From Streptococcaceae bacterium (lineage in GTDB: Bacteria; Bacillota; Bacilli; Lactobacillales; Streptococcaceae): a stretch of 64,000 bases of DNA. This document shows, in pieces, positions 9,794-20,155 of the stretch. The notes beneath the pieces were generated by a model. The model saw nothing but the letters and a program-made list of their open reading frames with translations. It ran no database searches and had not been told where the DNA came from. The DNA lies in contig JAISXW010000020.1 of the NCBI GenBank assembly GCA_031270325.1, positions 22,581 to 86,580 on the forward strand, read 5' to 3'. The first letter of the stretch is position 1, and each line of letters starts with the position of its first letter. A program made the translations under genes and the position numbers.

Positions 9794-9999
9794 TTTTTGA
9801 CCTTCTTCTTTAGGACTGTTTTCTCATTAGCGACTTTCTCAACGCCAATGCTTGATGTCGTGTTTTTATTGTAGCATTTTCTGCCACCAATTCAACTCTT
9901 GCTATCCGTCATCTGAACTCAGACAGACAAAGGCTTTTTTCCAACAGAAAAAAACGCCGAGGCGCTTTTATCTGGTCTGTGCTGAACTAAGACCTTATT

Positions 10000-11464
10000 T
10001 TAAGAGGGAAGAGGAGGAGGATAAGGTGCAATAGGTGAAAGCGGGGTAATCGTGTTATCTCCGTCAATCGTGTAAACCAGAGCCGGTCTAACCAGTCGCT
10101 TTTGAGAGCCTTCGCCTACTAGCTCACCGACCAAAGAACTGTGGTTATAGACGGAACCATTCACACTATTACCATTGACTCGACCCGCTCTTTGAAAATC
10201 GGCACCGACCGACCGTGTCCAAAAAGAGAATGGGAATAGAAAATTGAATACGTCAGCCTTCACATCCATCCCAATGCTGTTAAGGTCGCCATAACTGAGG
10301 GCAAAGGCTTGTTTGGTACCACTTGTATTATCCACGCTTGTCTTAAAGTTAGTATCATTATAATAGTGACCAAACTCATCACTATCATAGCTACCACTAT
10401 TGTAAGTCCAAGATAGATTATGAGCTGTATTCCACTCCGCTAAGGTCGGATTGTTAAGTAAGACCTTATTGACTCTTGAGTCAGCTTCAGTGTCCTTGAT
10501 GTAGTTGTTGTAATAATTGTCAATGGCAGCTTTTAAGCCATATCCTGCTGCCAAGCCACTATCCTCATAGCCGTTAGAACCATCATTATCAAAGTAGTAA
10601 TACCCACGCTGACCCTCACTATACCCTGCTCCTAAATCACCCGTGGCAGTTTCGGATAAGAAATTAATAGACGGTCTTGATGTCTCGCTAGCTCCTAGTC
10701 CCATCTCTTTCTCTGTCAGGGCATTTTTCCTGATAACCAAGGCTTGATTGCCGGCTGTATTGGGATCAATATCCATCGATAAAATCCGCCAAAGTTCTCC
10801 CGCAATCGTGATGTCTTGTGGCACAACATTAACCGTGAAATTCAGTGTCCCTGTGTAGTTGCCGGCAAGCTTTGGTGCGCCACTTTCGATATACAGGGAT
10901 TGCGTCACATCAGTGGTCGTTCTTGCAGGTGCTGAGACAAAGCTGACAGCATTAGCCGATACTGGCGTTCCGTCGTCCTTCTTGACTGCGTAAGCCAAAC
11001 CAGGGGCATCATCTCCATCTGTCGTCAAGTACAGCTCTTGACCCGTGCTTAGAGCGACCGCCAAAGTGTAGGCAGACGGAATCTTCAAGGCGTTATCGCT
11101 TGCCTTGAGCGTCACGTTAGCTGTCCCTGTCCCCCACTTGCCATCTGTGCCGGCCTGATCGGTTAGGCTAATCGTCGTTGGAATGACAACTGTATATTTT
11201 TCACCGACGGTGTAACTGAGTTTTGACTCGCCTGATGTCGCCGGCGAGTTCACCTCAGTATCATCCGCCAAGACAACAAATAGTGTCGGTGGCAAAAACA
11301 AGCCCAATAAAGCCAAACCAATGAGATACTTTCGTGTCTCTCCTAAATTTTGTGCGACTGCATGGACTACTGTCGAAACATACAGCCGCAGCTTAGAAAA
11401 AAATAAGTTAGCCGTTCGTTCGTTCGTTCGTTCGTTCGTTCGTTCGTTCGTTTAAGTGAATCAT
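10000..11464 (-). CDS. Phase-variable secreted/surface protein, out of frame (OFF) in this assembly
   Basis: RBS AAGGAG plus ATG at 11464; the (AACG)10 tract leads to TAA after 18 codons. The downstream frame is open from the tract to 10000 and has a hydrophobic signal-like segment, a GNYTGTLNFTV strand and FWTRS...VRPAL at the C-terminus. Confidence 0.75.
11413..11452 (-). repeat. Simple sequence repeat (AACG)10
   Basis: Perfect (CGTT)10 on the plus strand, 12 nt after the ATG. Confidence 0.97.
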
Positions 11465-11537
11465 CTGTCGTCTCCTTTGTCAAGTGTTTTTATCTTTTTA
11501 TATTGATTACATCACGCTTTTTTCTTATGTTTTAACC

Positions 11538-11566
11538 ATTATACTATAATTTGAAAACGGTGTCAA
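11538..11566 (-). promoter_or_regulatory. Consensus sigma-70 promoter of the phase-variable gene
   Basis: TTGACA-N17-TATAAT on the minus strand. Confidence 0.85.
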
Positions 11567-11590
11567 CTCATACTCTAACGTTCAAGTCCA

Positions 11591-12307
11591 AAACTAGAGC
11601 AAGTCATCTCCGGACAAGATCGAGCTAGCTCTGAATTAGCTCGACCGAGGTCGAAACCAGAAAGACTTAGTTTGGAACTAGAAAATCCATGTCCCGAGCT
11701 CGGGATTTGATAGTTTGAACTCCGAAGTCGGTGTGCCGAACTCCCTCTTTGATACGTTTAACTCCAACTCAGGAGTTCGGAACTCGGACTTCCGAGTTTA
11801 GAACTCGGGATTTGCTAGTTTTAACTCCGGCTTTCCTATTCTGAACTCCGACTTTCCTATTCCGAACTCCGAATTTCCTATTCTGAACTCGGAATTTCCT
11901 ATTCCAAACTCCGACTTTGCTATTCTGAACTCCGACTTTCCTATTTTGAACTCCGACTTTCCTATTCCGAACTACGACTTTCCTATTTTGAACTCGGAAT
12001 TTCCTATTCCGAACTCCGAATTTCCTATTCTGAACTCCGAATTTCCTATTCTAAACTCGGACTTTCCTATTCTGAACTCCGACTTTCCTATTCCGAACTC
12101 CGACTTTCTAGTTCTGAACTGCAACTTTCTAGTTCCGAACTACAACTTTCTAGTTCTGAACTACAAATTTCTAGTTCTGAACTACAACTTTCTAGTTCTG
12201 AACTTCGTCTTTCTAGTTCCGAACTACAAATTTCCTATTCTAAACTACGAAGTCCGAGTTCAGAACTCGAACTTTGCTAGTTTGAACTCCGACTTCCAAG
12301 TTCTAAC
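11591..12307. repeat. Tandem array, about 34 x 21 bp, consensus GAACTCCGACTTTCCTATTCT
   Basis: AAC(T) anchor recurs every 21 nt from 11594 to 12287; the left third is highly diverged. Confidence 0.92.
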
Positions 12308-12373
12308 TAGCAATTAACCTAATCTCAACTGGTCATCCGCCTCTGTCTACTCCCAATTCCCCTACTAAAGAAA

Positions 12374-12415
12374 AAAAGCAAACGAGTGGATCATGACTGA
12401 TCATCGTTTGCTTTT
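12374..12415 (-). terminator. trxA terminator
   Basis: AAAAGCAAACGA...TCGTTTGCTTTT hairpin with a T-run. Confidence 0.75.
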
Positions 12416-12452
12416 ATGGTTGCTAACTTGTAACTCTTGCCTTTAATAGTTT

Positions 12453-12770
12453 TTAGGCGTTGAGTTCTGCCAAGATCGCTTTGATTTGATCTTTTGTATG
12501 CACGCCTGCGACTTGCTTGACGACTTCGCCGTCTTTTTTGAAAAGCAGGGTTGGAATACTCATGATGCCGAAAGATTGCGGCGTTGCTGGATTTTCATCC
12601 ACGTCCATCTTCAAGATTTTGAGTTCGCTTTCGTCTAGTTCTTCTGAAAGTTGATCCAAAATCGGTGCCTGCATCCGACAAGGGCCACACCAAGTTGCCC
12701 AAAAATCCACGAGGACCACACCCTCTTGTGTTGCCTCTTGAAAAGTTGCATCCGTTACTTCTACTGTCAT
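12453..12770 (-). CDS. trxA: Thioredoxin
   Basis: DFWATWCGPCRM; SIPTL. Start moved to ATG 12770 after RBS AGGTGA. Confidence 0.97.
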   Translation of the reverse strand: MTVEVTDATFQEATQEGVVLVDFWATWCGPCRMQAPILDQLSEELDESELKILKMDVDENPATPQSFGIMSIPTLLFKKDGEVVKQVAGVHTKDQIKAILAELNA

Positions 12771-12869
12771 TAGTCTCACCTCTATCTATATTTACTACTA
12801 CCATTTTACCGCAAATGATAACATTTGTCCTAAAATTTGCATTCACCATAGAACAGCTAAGCGCAACCT

Positions 12870-15371
12870 TTATTCCACACTCTTGAGCGCTTCAATCATG
12901 TCAATCTTTTTCAGACTAAAATGCGTGATTGCATTGACAAGGACAGTAAAACTAATCGTCAAGACTGTCGCATAGACAAAGCTAAGCGGCTTGACGTGTC
13001 TGACAAACATCAGACTATCCGTTTCCCCTGTACTAATCATAAAGTAGCTCAGATAGATTCCGGAGACTAGCCCGAGCAAAATCCCGATAGCCGTAAAGAT
13101 GACCATCTCTTTGATGATATAAGCATCAATTTCTTTGTCCTCAAATCCCAGTACCTTGAGCGTTGCAATCTCTCTTTTGCGTTCACTGATATTGATTGTC
13201 GCTAGATTATACATGACGACAAAAGCTAAAATCGCTGATGAGACGATTAATATCAGAACGACCAGATTAAGCGAGGTCATCACATCATCGACCATATTGG
13301 CCATGACTTTGGCATTAAAGACATTCGCCACAGCTTGATCGGACATGAGTGTTTGGTCAAAGGCTTGATTATCTGCCGCACTCAAGGCTTGTTTTAGGCT
13401 GATGACCAGTGTATTCGGAGCATAAGTGTCGAATAATTTTTGATAACTTGCCTTTGTAATGTAGACATAGTTTTGGATATAATTTTCGACAATCTTACCA
13501 ACTTTGATCTGAACCGTCTGGTCTTGTGTCGTCTTGAAGCCAATCGTCTCCCCTTCTTTAACCCCTAACAAGCGGGCAAGTTTTTGGCTGACAATGGCGG
13601 TCTGATCTTGGGGGGAAACTTGCTTGCCATTATGATGAATCGCATTTAAACTGATGACTTTGTTAAAAGCTGTCAGGTCATCAGCTACCATCAAGTTAAT
13701 CGCATAGGAATGACCGTGGGCGGTGACTGTTTTGGTCGTCATCTCAAATGTCGCAGTCTGTCGGACTTGACTGTTCTGTTCTAACGTTTTTTGCAGTGAA
13801 CCGCTTGCCGCCCCCTCTTTTAAAGCCACTAACTTATCATACTTGAACACATGACCGTACTGATAGGAGACAATATCTGTGATCGCATCTTTCAAACCAA
13901 AGCCTGATAAGATCAAGGCAGTACAACCGGCAATCCCAATGATTGTCACGATCGCTCTAGTCTTATAACGAAAGAGGTTTCTAATCACGATTTTGTTGGA
14001 AAACTTGAACCGTTTCCAGATAGCAGGCAGATATTCTAGCAAAATCCGCTTACCAGCCTTAGGTGCTTTGGGTCGCATCAAGACACTGGGCGTATGCACC
14101 AGTTCCTGATAAACCGAGACTAGCGCACCACCGCAAATGCACAGAATCGCAATCAAGAGACCGACTAGTGCATAAAAAGGTTGGAGCGCAGCGCTAAAAT
14201 TCGGGACATCAAAGATAGTCGTGTACATCCGCCAGATCAGGCTAGGAATCAACCGAATGCCAATCACTGTCCCCAGAACACCACCGACAACTGTCGCCAA
14301 CATCGAAAAGATGACATAAGTCAGGCTGACACTGTGATTTGAAAAGCCTAATGCTTTGAGCGTGCCAATCTCGCCTCGATCTTCCTCGACCAGTCGCGCC
14401 ATTGAGACCAAGCTAATCAAAACTGCAATCATGTAGAAGACAATAGGAAAGACATTACCAATCTTAGCAATACTTTTCGTTGCCTCTACAAAGTCCCGAT
14501 AGCCTGCATCATCCTTTCTATCAGCTAAATACCATTTCGCAGCCGGTAAACGACTGCGGTCAAGCTGACCTTGCGACTGTGCCAGATAATCAGCGTAGAC
14601 CGTCTCAAAGCGCTGCTTTTCCTGTACTTTCTGTATCCCGACAACTTCCTTTTTAGCCGCTGCAATCAACTTAAGATAGGCGTCCTGATCCGTCATTGTT
14701 GTCGCAGCACCTGATACCGTCAACTCAATCGAACTGTAAACGCCTTGCCGAAACACTTGCGGTCGGACATAGATAAAATCATCAATTTGACCATCGCCAA
14801 GACTGGTCGTACCTCGCTGAGTCTTAGCAACATAGAGCGGACTTTTGACCGTCCCTACGATCCGAAAGGTCGTCTCTGACAAGTCAGGGTCAACCATTTT
14901 GATTGTGTCCCCGACTTTGAGTTTTTGACGAAACAAAAAGGTCTCCGCCACGACAAGTTCATCATTTTTTTGTGGCAAACGTCCTTTGACCAGCGTGACC
15001 CAATTTAACTCTTGCGAGAGCCCGATAACTTTAGCGATAAAATCTTCTTTATTTGCGGCCTGTTTCCCCCTAGTCACTAGCTCAATGCGCTCATCTTTAG
15101 CATAAGTCCCTTGAGCTTTGGCAATACTAGGTAATTGTTTAAGACTTGTCAAATCCTGATCTGTCAACCCTAAAGTTGATTGAACCCGTAAATCATAAGT
15201 CTTTGACTGATCTAGATACCTATCAAGCGTCGTCAGCATATTGGGCGCAGTTGATTCGATACCCACAAAAAAACCAACACCCAACAGCGCCATGACCAGC
15301 AAGGGCAGAAAACGTTTGGATGATTTGGTAATTTTTCGGAGACTACTGCGGATTAATGTTTTGTTTGTCAT
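12870..15371 (-). CDS. ABC transporter permease, double FtsX-like domain
   Basis: Two repeats of TM-large loop-TM with EIGTLKALGF and EIATLKVLGF motifs. Start probably ATG 15371. Confidence 0.9.
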   Translation of the reverse strand: MTNKTLIRSSLRKITKSSKRFLPLLVMALLGVGFFVGIESTAPNMLTTLDRYLDQSKTYDLRVQSTLGLTDQDLTSLKQLPSIAKAQGTYAKDERIELVTRGKQAANKEDFIAKVIGLSQELNWVTLVKGRLPQKNDELVVAETFLFRQKLKVGDTIKMVDPDLSETTFRIVGTVKSPLYVAKTQRGTTSLGDGQIDDFIYVRPQVFRQGVYSSIELTVSGAATTMTDQDAYLKLIAAAKKEVVGIQKVQEKQRFETVYADYLAQSQGQLDRSRLPAAKWYLADRKDDAGYRDFVEATKSIAKIGNVFPIVFYMIAVLISLVSMARLVEEDRGEIGTLKALGFSNHSVSLTYVIFSMLATVVGGVLGTVIGIRLIPSLIWRMYTTIFDVPNFSAALQPFYALVGLLIAILCICGGALVSVYQELVHTPSVLMRPKAPKAGKRILLEYLPAIWKRFKFSNKIVIRNLFRYKTRAIVTIIGIAGCTALILSGFGLKDAITDIVSYQYGHVFKYDKLVALKEGAASGSLQKTLEQNSQVRQTATFEMTTKTVTAHGHSYAINLMVADDLTAFNKVISLNAIHHNGKQVSPQDQTAIVSQKLARLLGVKEGETIGFKTTQDQTVQIKVGKIVENYIQNYVYITKASYQKLFDTYAPNTLVISLKQALSAADNQAFDQTLMSDQAVANVFNAKVMANMVDDVMTSLNLVVLILIVSSAILAFVVMYNLATINISERKREIATLKVLGFEDKEIDAYIIKEMVIFTAIGILLGLVSGIYLSYFMISTGETDSLMFVRHVKPLSFVYATVLTISFTVLVNAITHFSLKKIDMIEALKSVE

Positions 15372-15375
15372 CGCT

Positions 15376-16077
15376 TTACCATTCAATTTCTGAAACAGGA
15401 ACCGGCTTATCGTTGCGTGTGACCGATTCGACCCGACCGTTTTTAAATTTAATCACCTTATCTGCCATCTGACCAATGGCACTATTATGCGTGATGATGA
15501 TAACCGTTATCTTTTCTTGGCGACAAGTCGCTTCAAGCAAGGCGAGAATTTGCTTACCGGTATTGTAGTCCAAAGCACCTGTCGGCTCATCGCATAGCAA
15601 GAGTTTTGGATTTTTAGCCAGCGCACGTGCAATCGCCACACGTTGCTGCTCTCCGCCGGAAAGTTGGGCCGGAAAGTTTTGTTGGCGCTCAGCCAAGCCG
15701 ACTTTGTCAAGCACCTCTTCTGCTGATAGAGCTTGCTGGCTCAGCTCAACCGCAAGTTCAACATTTTCAAGTGCCGTCAAGTTTTGGATCAAGTTATAAA
15801 ATTGAAAAACAAAACCAATCGCTTGGCGGCGATAGCTTACCAATGCTTTCGGTTTAAGCTCGGTCAGCGACACCCCATCAATCAGCACTTGACCACTGGT
15901 CACACTATCCATGCCACCCAAGATATTCAGTGCAGTTGTTTTACCGGCTCCCGAAGGCCCCAGAATACAGACCAACTCACCTTTTTCAATCTCAAATTGT
16001 GCCTGATCTAAAGCGTTAATCGTCATCTCACCCATTTGATAAGTCTTTACCACGTCGTTAAATTCAATATATGCCAT
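15376..16077 (-). CDS. ABC transporter ATP-binding protein (LolD/MacB type)
   Basis: [28 protein letters not shown]. Confidence 0.95.
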   Translation of the reverse strand: MAYIEFNDVVKTYQMGEMTINALDQAQFEIEKGELVCILGPSGAGKTTALNILGGMDSVTSGQVLIDGVSLTELKPKALVSYRRQAIGFVFQFYNLIQNLTALENVELAVELSQQALSAEEVLDKVGLAERQQNFPAQLSGGEQQRVAIARALAKNPKLLLCDEPTGALDYNTGKQILALLEATCRQEKITVIIITHNSAIGQMADKVIKFKNGRVESVTRNDKPVPVSEIEW

Positions 16078-16342
16078 CTCTTAACTCCTCCTGCTCTGTC
16101 GCCTAGCGACTGCTTAAAACTCGACCGTTGACCGCTCGGGGGCTTTCGCGAGCTGTGTCGCTCAAAGCTTCCTAGGTTTACTTATACTTTTCTCATGTTT
16201 TGTTTCTGATTTAAGTATAGCATTTTCAAATGGTTTATCAAAGCATCAGTCGACTAGCGTGCTAACGTCGGGACTTCTTTATAATGTCAAAAAAATAAGA
16301 CTTGCGTCTCACTTTCTCCGTTGACTACCCCTTATAAATCGG

Positions 16343-17902
16343 CTAAACGACTTTTGTCGTCCACGCTTCACAATCCACAATGTCCGTCAGAATCTCTTGG
16401 TAAAACTCTGGTTCGTGGCTGACCATTAAGATCGTCCCTTTATAAGCTTGCAGCGCCCGCTTGAGTTCTGCTTTGGCATCCACGTCAAGGTGATTCGTCG
16501 GCTCATCCATGACCAGTATGTTAGATTCATGGTTCATGATTTTCCCCAAGCGTAGTTTAGATTGCTCACCACCTGAAAGCACATAGACCCGACTTTCGAT
16601 TTGTTTAGTACCCAAGCCACATCTTGCCAAGGCTGCACGAACTTCCGCTTGATTTAACGTTGGAAACTCATCCCAATAATCATCTAAAACCGTTTTTTGA
16701 CTGGGATTTTTATCTTCTTGGGCAAAGTAGCCAATCATTTGAAACTCCCCTTGCACGACTTGACCCGATAAGGGTGGAATCTCGCTGAGCAATGACTTGA
16801 GCAGGGTCGATTTACCAATCCCATTTGATCCCGTAAAGGCAATTTTTTGCCCTCTTTCAACTAACAAATTGATGGGGCTAGACAAGGGTTCTGATGCGTC
16901 ATAACCTAGCACCAAGTCCGTCGCCTCAAAAATCAATTTACCAGATGTTCTGCCTAGCTTAAAGTCAAAACTTGGCTTAGCTTTCTCTTGGATCGTCTCG
17001 ACAAAGGTCATCTTGTCGAGCTTTTTCTGACGTGCTTTAGCCTGACCAGAGGTCGCCACATTTGCCTTTTTCTTGGCAATAAATTCTTTCAGCTTAGCCG
17101 CTTCTGCTTGCTGAGATTCGGCAAGCGAGGCCAGCTGTTTTTTCTTTTCTTCAAACAAACGCTCAAAATTGTGATAATCCCCGACATAACGATCGATTTT
17201 GAGTTGATTGACATGGTAGACGATATTGATGACCTCGTTCATGAAGTCGACATCATGCGAAATCAGAACAAAAGCATTCTCATAGTTTTGCAGATAAATT
17301 TTCAGCCAGTTGATATGGTCCTCGTCCAGATAGTTGGTCGGCTCGTCTAGGAGGAGAATGTCTGGTTTTTCTAGCAATAGCTTGCCCAGCAAGATCTTGG
17401 TTCGTTGACCTCCTGAAAGCTCTGCGACATCTTTTTCCAAGAGGTCACTCAGCCCCAAGCCGCGCGCAATGTCATCGACTTTGGCATCAATCAAGTAAAA
17501 ATCAGAGTGATCCAACGTATCCTGTAAGGCTGCTGCCTGTTCAAGCGCTACCGTCATCTCATCATCAAACATCTCGCCCATGCGGGCATAAATGGCATTC
17601 ATCTCATTTTCCGCATCTAGTAAATACTGAAAAGCCTCCGACAAAGCTTGACGGGTCGTCTTCCCCTTGCCGAGCACCGCGTGCTGGTCCATATAGCCCA
17701 CACGGTGTTTGCTCGACCAAGTAATCTTCCCCTCGTCCGGCTGCAAAGCACCTGTGATAATGTTCATAAAAGTCGACTTGCCCTCGCCATTAGCCCCGAC
17801 AAAGCCGATATGCTCGCCTTTCAATAAACGAAAGTTGACATCATCAAAAATCGCCCGATCCCCAAACCCATGACTCAACTTCTGAACTGTTAAAATACTC
17901 AT
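16343..17902 (-). CDS. ABC-F family ATPase, YfmM-like
   Basis: Two ABC domains (GANGEGKST, GSNGIGKST; LSGGQ/LSGGE; DEPTN), no TM segments. Confidence 0.9.
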   Translation of the reverse strand: MSILTVQKLSHGFGDRAIFDDVNFRLLKGEHIGFVGANGEGKSTFMNIITGALQPDEGKITWSSKHRVGYMDQHAVLGKGKTTRQALSEAFQYLLDAENEMNAIYARMGEMFDDEMTVALEQAAALQDTLDHSDFYLIDAKVDDIARGLGLSDLLEKDVAELSGGQRTKILLGKLLLEKPDILLLDEPTNYLDEDHINWLKIYLQNYENAFVLISHDVDFMNEVINIVYHVNQLKIDRYVGDYHNFERLFEEKKKQLASLAESQQAEAAKLKEFIAKKKANVATSGQAKARQKKLDKMTFVETIQEKAKPSFDFKLGRTSGKLIFEATDLVLGYDASEPLSSPINLLVERGQKIAFTGSNGIGKSTLLKSLLSEIPPLSGQVVQGEFQMIGYFAQEDKNPSQKTVLDDYWDEFPTLNQAEVRAALARCGLGTKQIESRVYVLSGGEQSKLRLGKIMNHESNILVMDEPTNHLDVDAKAELKRALQAYKGTILMVSHEPEFYQEILTDIVDCEAWTTKVV

Positions 17903-18030
17903 CTCTTCTACTCCACTCCCTTAAAGCAACTACTACGCCTGCGACACTCTTTTTTGCTTTCTCTAGTTTAACAGATTTTTGGGGAATGTAAAAGGCGTGT
18001 GAGTGTCAACAGCATTGGATAGGGGGATAG

Positions 18031-18062
18031 AAAACCCTCCCCACGCTAAGCGTGAGGAGGGA
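18031..18062 (-). terminator. Terminator-like hairpin, repeated at 25003-25039
   Basis: AAAACCCTCCCCACGC-TAA-GCGTGAGGAGGG. Confidence 0.6.
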
Positions 18063-18170
18063 CATGTCAAAGATCATCTGTTTTATCGAGTCTATTGACT
18101 ATTTCATAACACCAAAGCCAACTACACCTGTGTAGCTGGGGTTTTGATAATCTTGAAGGTGGTCAATCCG

Positions 18171-19559
18171 CTATCTTTCATCCTCTTCGATTTGGAATAA
18201 ATCTGCTAAAGCCACATTGATCACTGGCACATCATTTAACTTAATTTTTTCTTTTGTAAATAAGTAGCGTGTCACAACATATTGATCAAACAATTTTGCT
18301 CGTTGGTCTAACTTTTCAAGCGTTTGCTCAATCTTGACTGAATTACGCCATTTACATTCGCCAACGATCAATTCCTTACCATCAACCGATGCCACCACAA
18401 TATCAATTTCTTGGGGTTCCCCTTTTTTACCTCTCCCCCACCAAGTACCATAGGATTTGGCAATAAAAGGTAACGCCTCTTTAACATTTAATCTTCGTAA
18501 ATATTGCCTAATTACTTCTTCAAATATATGCCCGATATAGTCAGAGAGATTGCCTAGTGCTAGTTTATAATAAACATCTCCGTTGCCAAGTTCAATTTCA
18601 GAACGAACCGAAAACACATACCGATACCAAAAGGCAATAAAATTTTCTGATATGTGATATTGACTTTTCTTCCCTTTTAACAGATTGGTACCAAACGGTA
18701 CCACCCTGTCAACATAGTTCAAGTCTTGCAAGGTCATCAGATACCTCGAGACAAGATTGCTTTCAAGTTTTGTAAATCCAACAATCTCATTCAGCGTGTT
18801 GGCACCACTTGCGATCGCCTGTAAAACTGCATTATAATTCGCAGGTTCCCTGAACTCCTGTTTCATCAATAAAACACCTTCATTTAAGAGATAGCCATTA
18901 ATTTCGAAATAAAGCGCTCGAATATTTTCATCAAAACTTAAATGGGGGTCAATCAATGATAAGTAATAAGGCGTACCACCTACACAAGCATAATATTTAA
19001 TCTTATCTTCATCACTAACCGTTGGATAAAAACGTGCAGCATCATAATAATCTAGCGGGTGTATTTTGAGTTGTCCAGTTCGTCTGCCGAATAATGGACT
19101 TTTTTCACCTAATACTTGATTTTCCATAAAACTCATGCTAGAGCCACACAATATCAAAAATAGATTGGTATCCTTAAACTCATAGTCTATGATATGTTGC
19201 AAAATCGAATTTAATGATTTATTGGCAGATGCTGCATAAGGATACTCATCAATAATTACCACTGCGTGTTGTTGACCCAATTTTTCTTTGATAATTTTAA
19301 AGAATGCCTGCCAATCGCTCACAGTTGGAAAATCCGGAAAGTCAATCGCCTTTCCTAATAATCTGGAAAATTTCTCCAGATTTAAAGCATCATTTACTTC
19401 CTCAGCGGGTAAATATAAGGATGTTTTTCCTTTAATAAATTCATTCAAGAGCGATGTTTTTCCTATTCTTCGGCGACCATAAACAATCGCCATTTGAAAT
19501 GTCTCTTTACGATACATCCCTTCCAAAGCTTCAAGTTCTTTTTTTCTTCCTAAAAACAT
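18171..19559 (-). CDS. Archaeal-type AAA ATPase with C-terminal DUF234/PD-(D/E)xK-like domain
   Basis: FLGRKKEL, YGRRRIGKT, IIDEYPY, LCGSS, GGTPYYL, WW..EIDIV..GECKW; AT-rich. Confidence 0.88.
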   Translation of the reverse strand: MFLGRKKELEALEGMYRKETFQMAIVYGRRRIGKTSLLNEFIKGKTSLYLPAEEVNDALNLEKFSRLLGKAIDFPDFPTVSDWQAFFKIIKEKLGQQHAVVIIDEYPYAASANKSLNSILQHIIDYEFKDTNLFLILCGSSMSFMENQVLGEKSPLFGRRTGQLKIHPLDYYDAARFYPTVSDEDKIKYYACVGGTPYYLSLIDPHLSFDENIRALYFEINGYLLNEGVLLMKQEFREPANYNAVLQAIASGANTLNEIVGFTKLESNLVSRYLMTLQDLNYVDRVVPFGTNLLKGKKSQYHISENFIAFWYRYVFSVRSEIELGNGDVYYKLALGNLSDYIGHIFEEVIRQYLRRLNVKEALPFIAKSYGTWWGRGKKGEPQEIDIVVASVDGKELIVGECKWRNSVKIEQTLEKLDQRAKLFDQYVVTRYLFTKEKIKLNDVPVINVALADLFQIEEDER

Positions 19560-19693
19560 TAGGCCACCTCCGTTTTACTACTTATGATTATTATAATCTA
19601 GTTTAGTAAAACAAGCAACTTTCAATTGTTCAAAATTCATGAAAGAATCGTACCATTCTCATTTACATGTTCCTAACTATTTTTACATTAGAA

Positions 19694-19729
19694 AAGTGCT
19701 TATCTGCTTGATAAGCACTTCTTTTTTTT
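19694..19729. terminator. Bidirectional-looking terminator at the end of the AT-rich operon
   Basis: AAGTGCTTATC-tgctt-GATAAGCACTT with A/T runs on both sides. Confidence 0.75.
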
Positions 19730-20155
19730 CTAGTCTTTTGTTAAGTCATCATTAATTACGGTGTCGTCCCGATATTTGACAACCAGTTTATCAGTAAATT
19801 CCTTGGCTTTATCTCTTTGGTACATGGTCTTCAGCCACGTTTCAATTCCATCAGCCAATTTGGCATTATTGATGACATTATTCGAGTCTTCCCCCACTTT
19901 CGCACTGGCTAAATCTGGAATGGTAATCGTCACTGTTTTGTAAGGTACTTTGGGACCAATCAATGGCACTCCCGTCAAGAACTTAGGCTGCACTCGAACT
20001 TGTCTACCATTGATATTATTTAGTATTGTATTTTCAAAGTAATAGGCTCCCGTAAACGATCTGATACCGAAGAACACACTATATCCTAAACTAACAATAA
20101 CCACCACCAGAAAAACATATTTCATAATTCTATATTTATTTTCTTGTACTTTCAT
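19730..20155 (-). CDS. Hypothetical membrane-anchored protein
   Basis: 141 aa with one N-terminal TM helix; ATG directly follows the upstream TAA. Confidence 0.7.
   Translation of the reverse strand: MKVQENKYRIMKYVFLVVVIVSLGYSVFFGIRSFTGAYYFENTILNNINGRQVRVQPKFLTGVPLIGPKVPYKTVTITIPDLASAKVGEDSNNVINNAKLADGIETWLKTMYQRDKAKEFTDKLVVKYRDDTVINDDLTKD

Noticed and set aside
11946..12317. 123-aa LNSEFPI heptad ORF
   Set aside because: It starts at an arbitrary TTG inside the array, has no RBS, and has an in-frame TAG upstream at about 11799.
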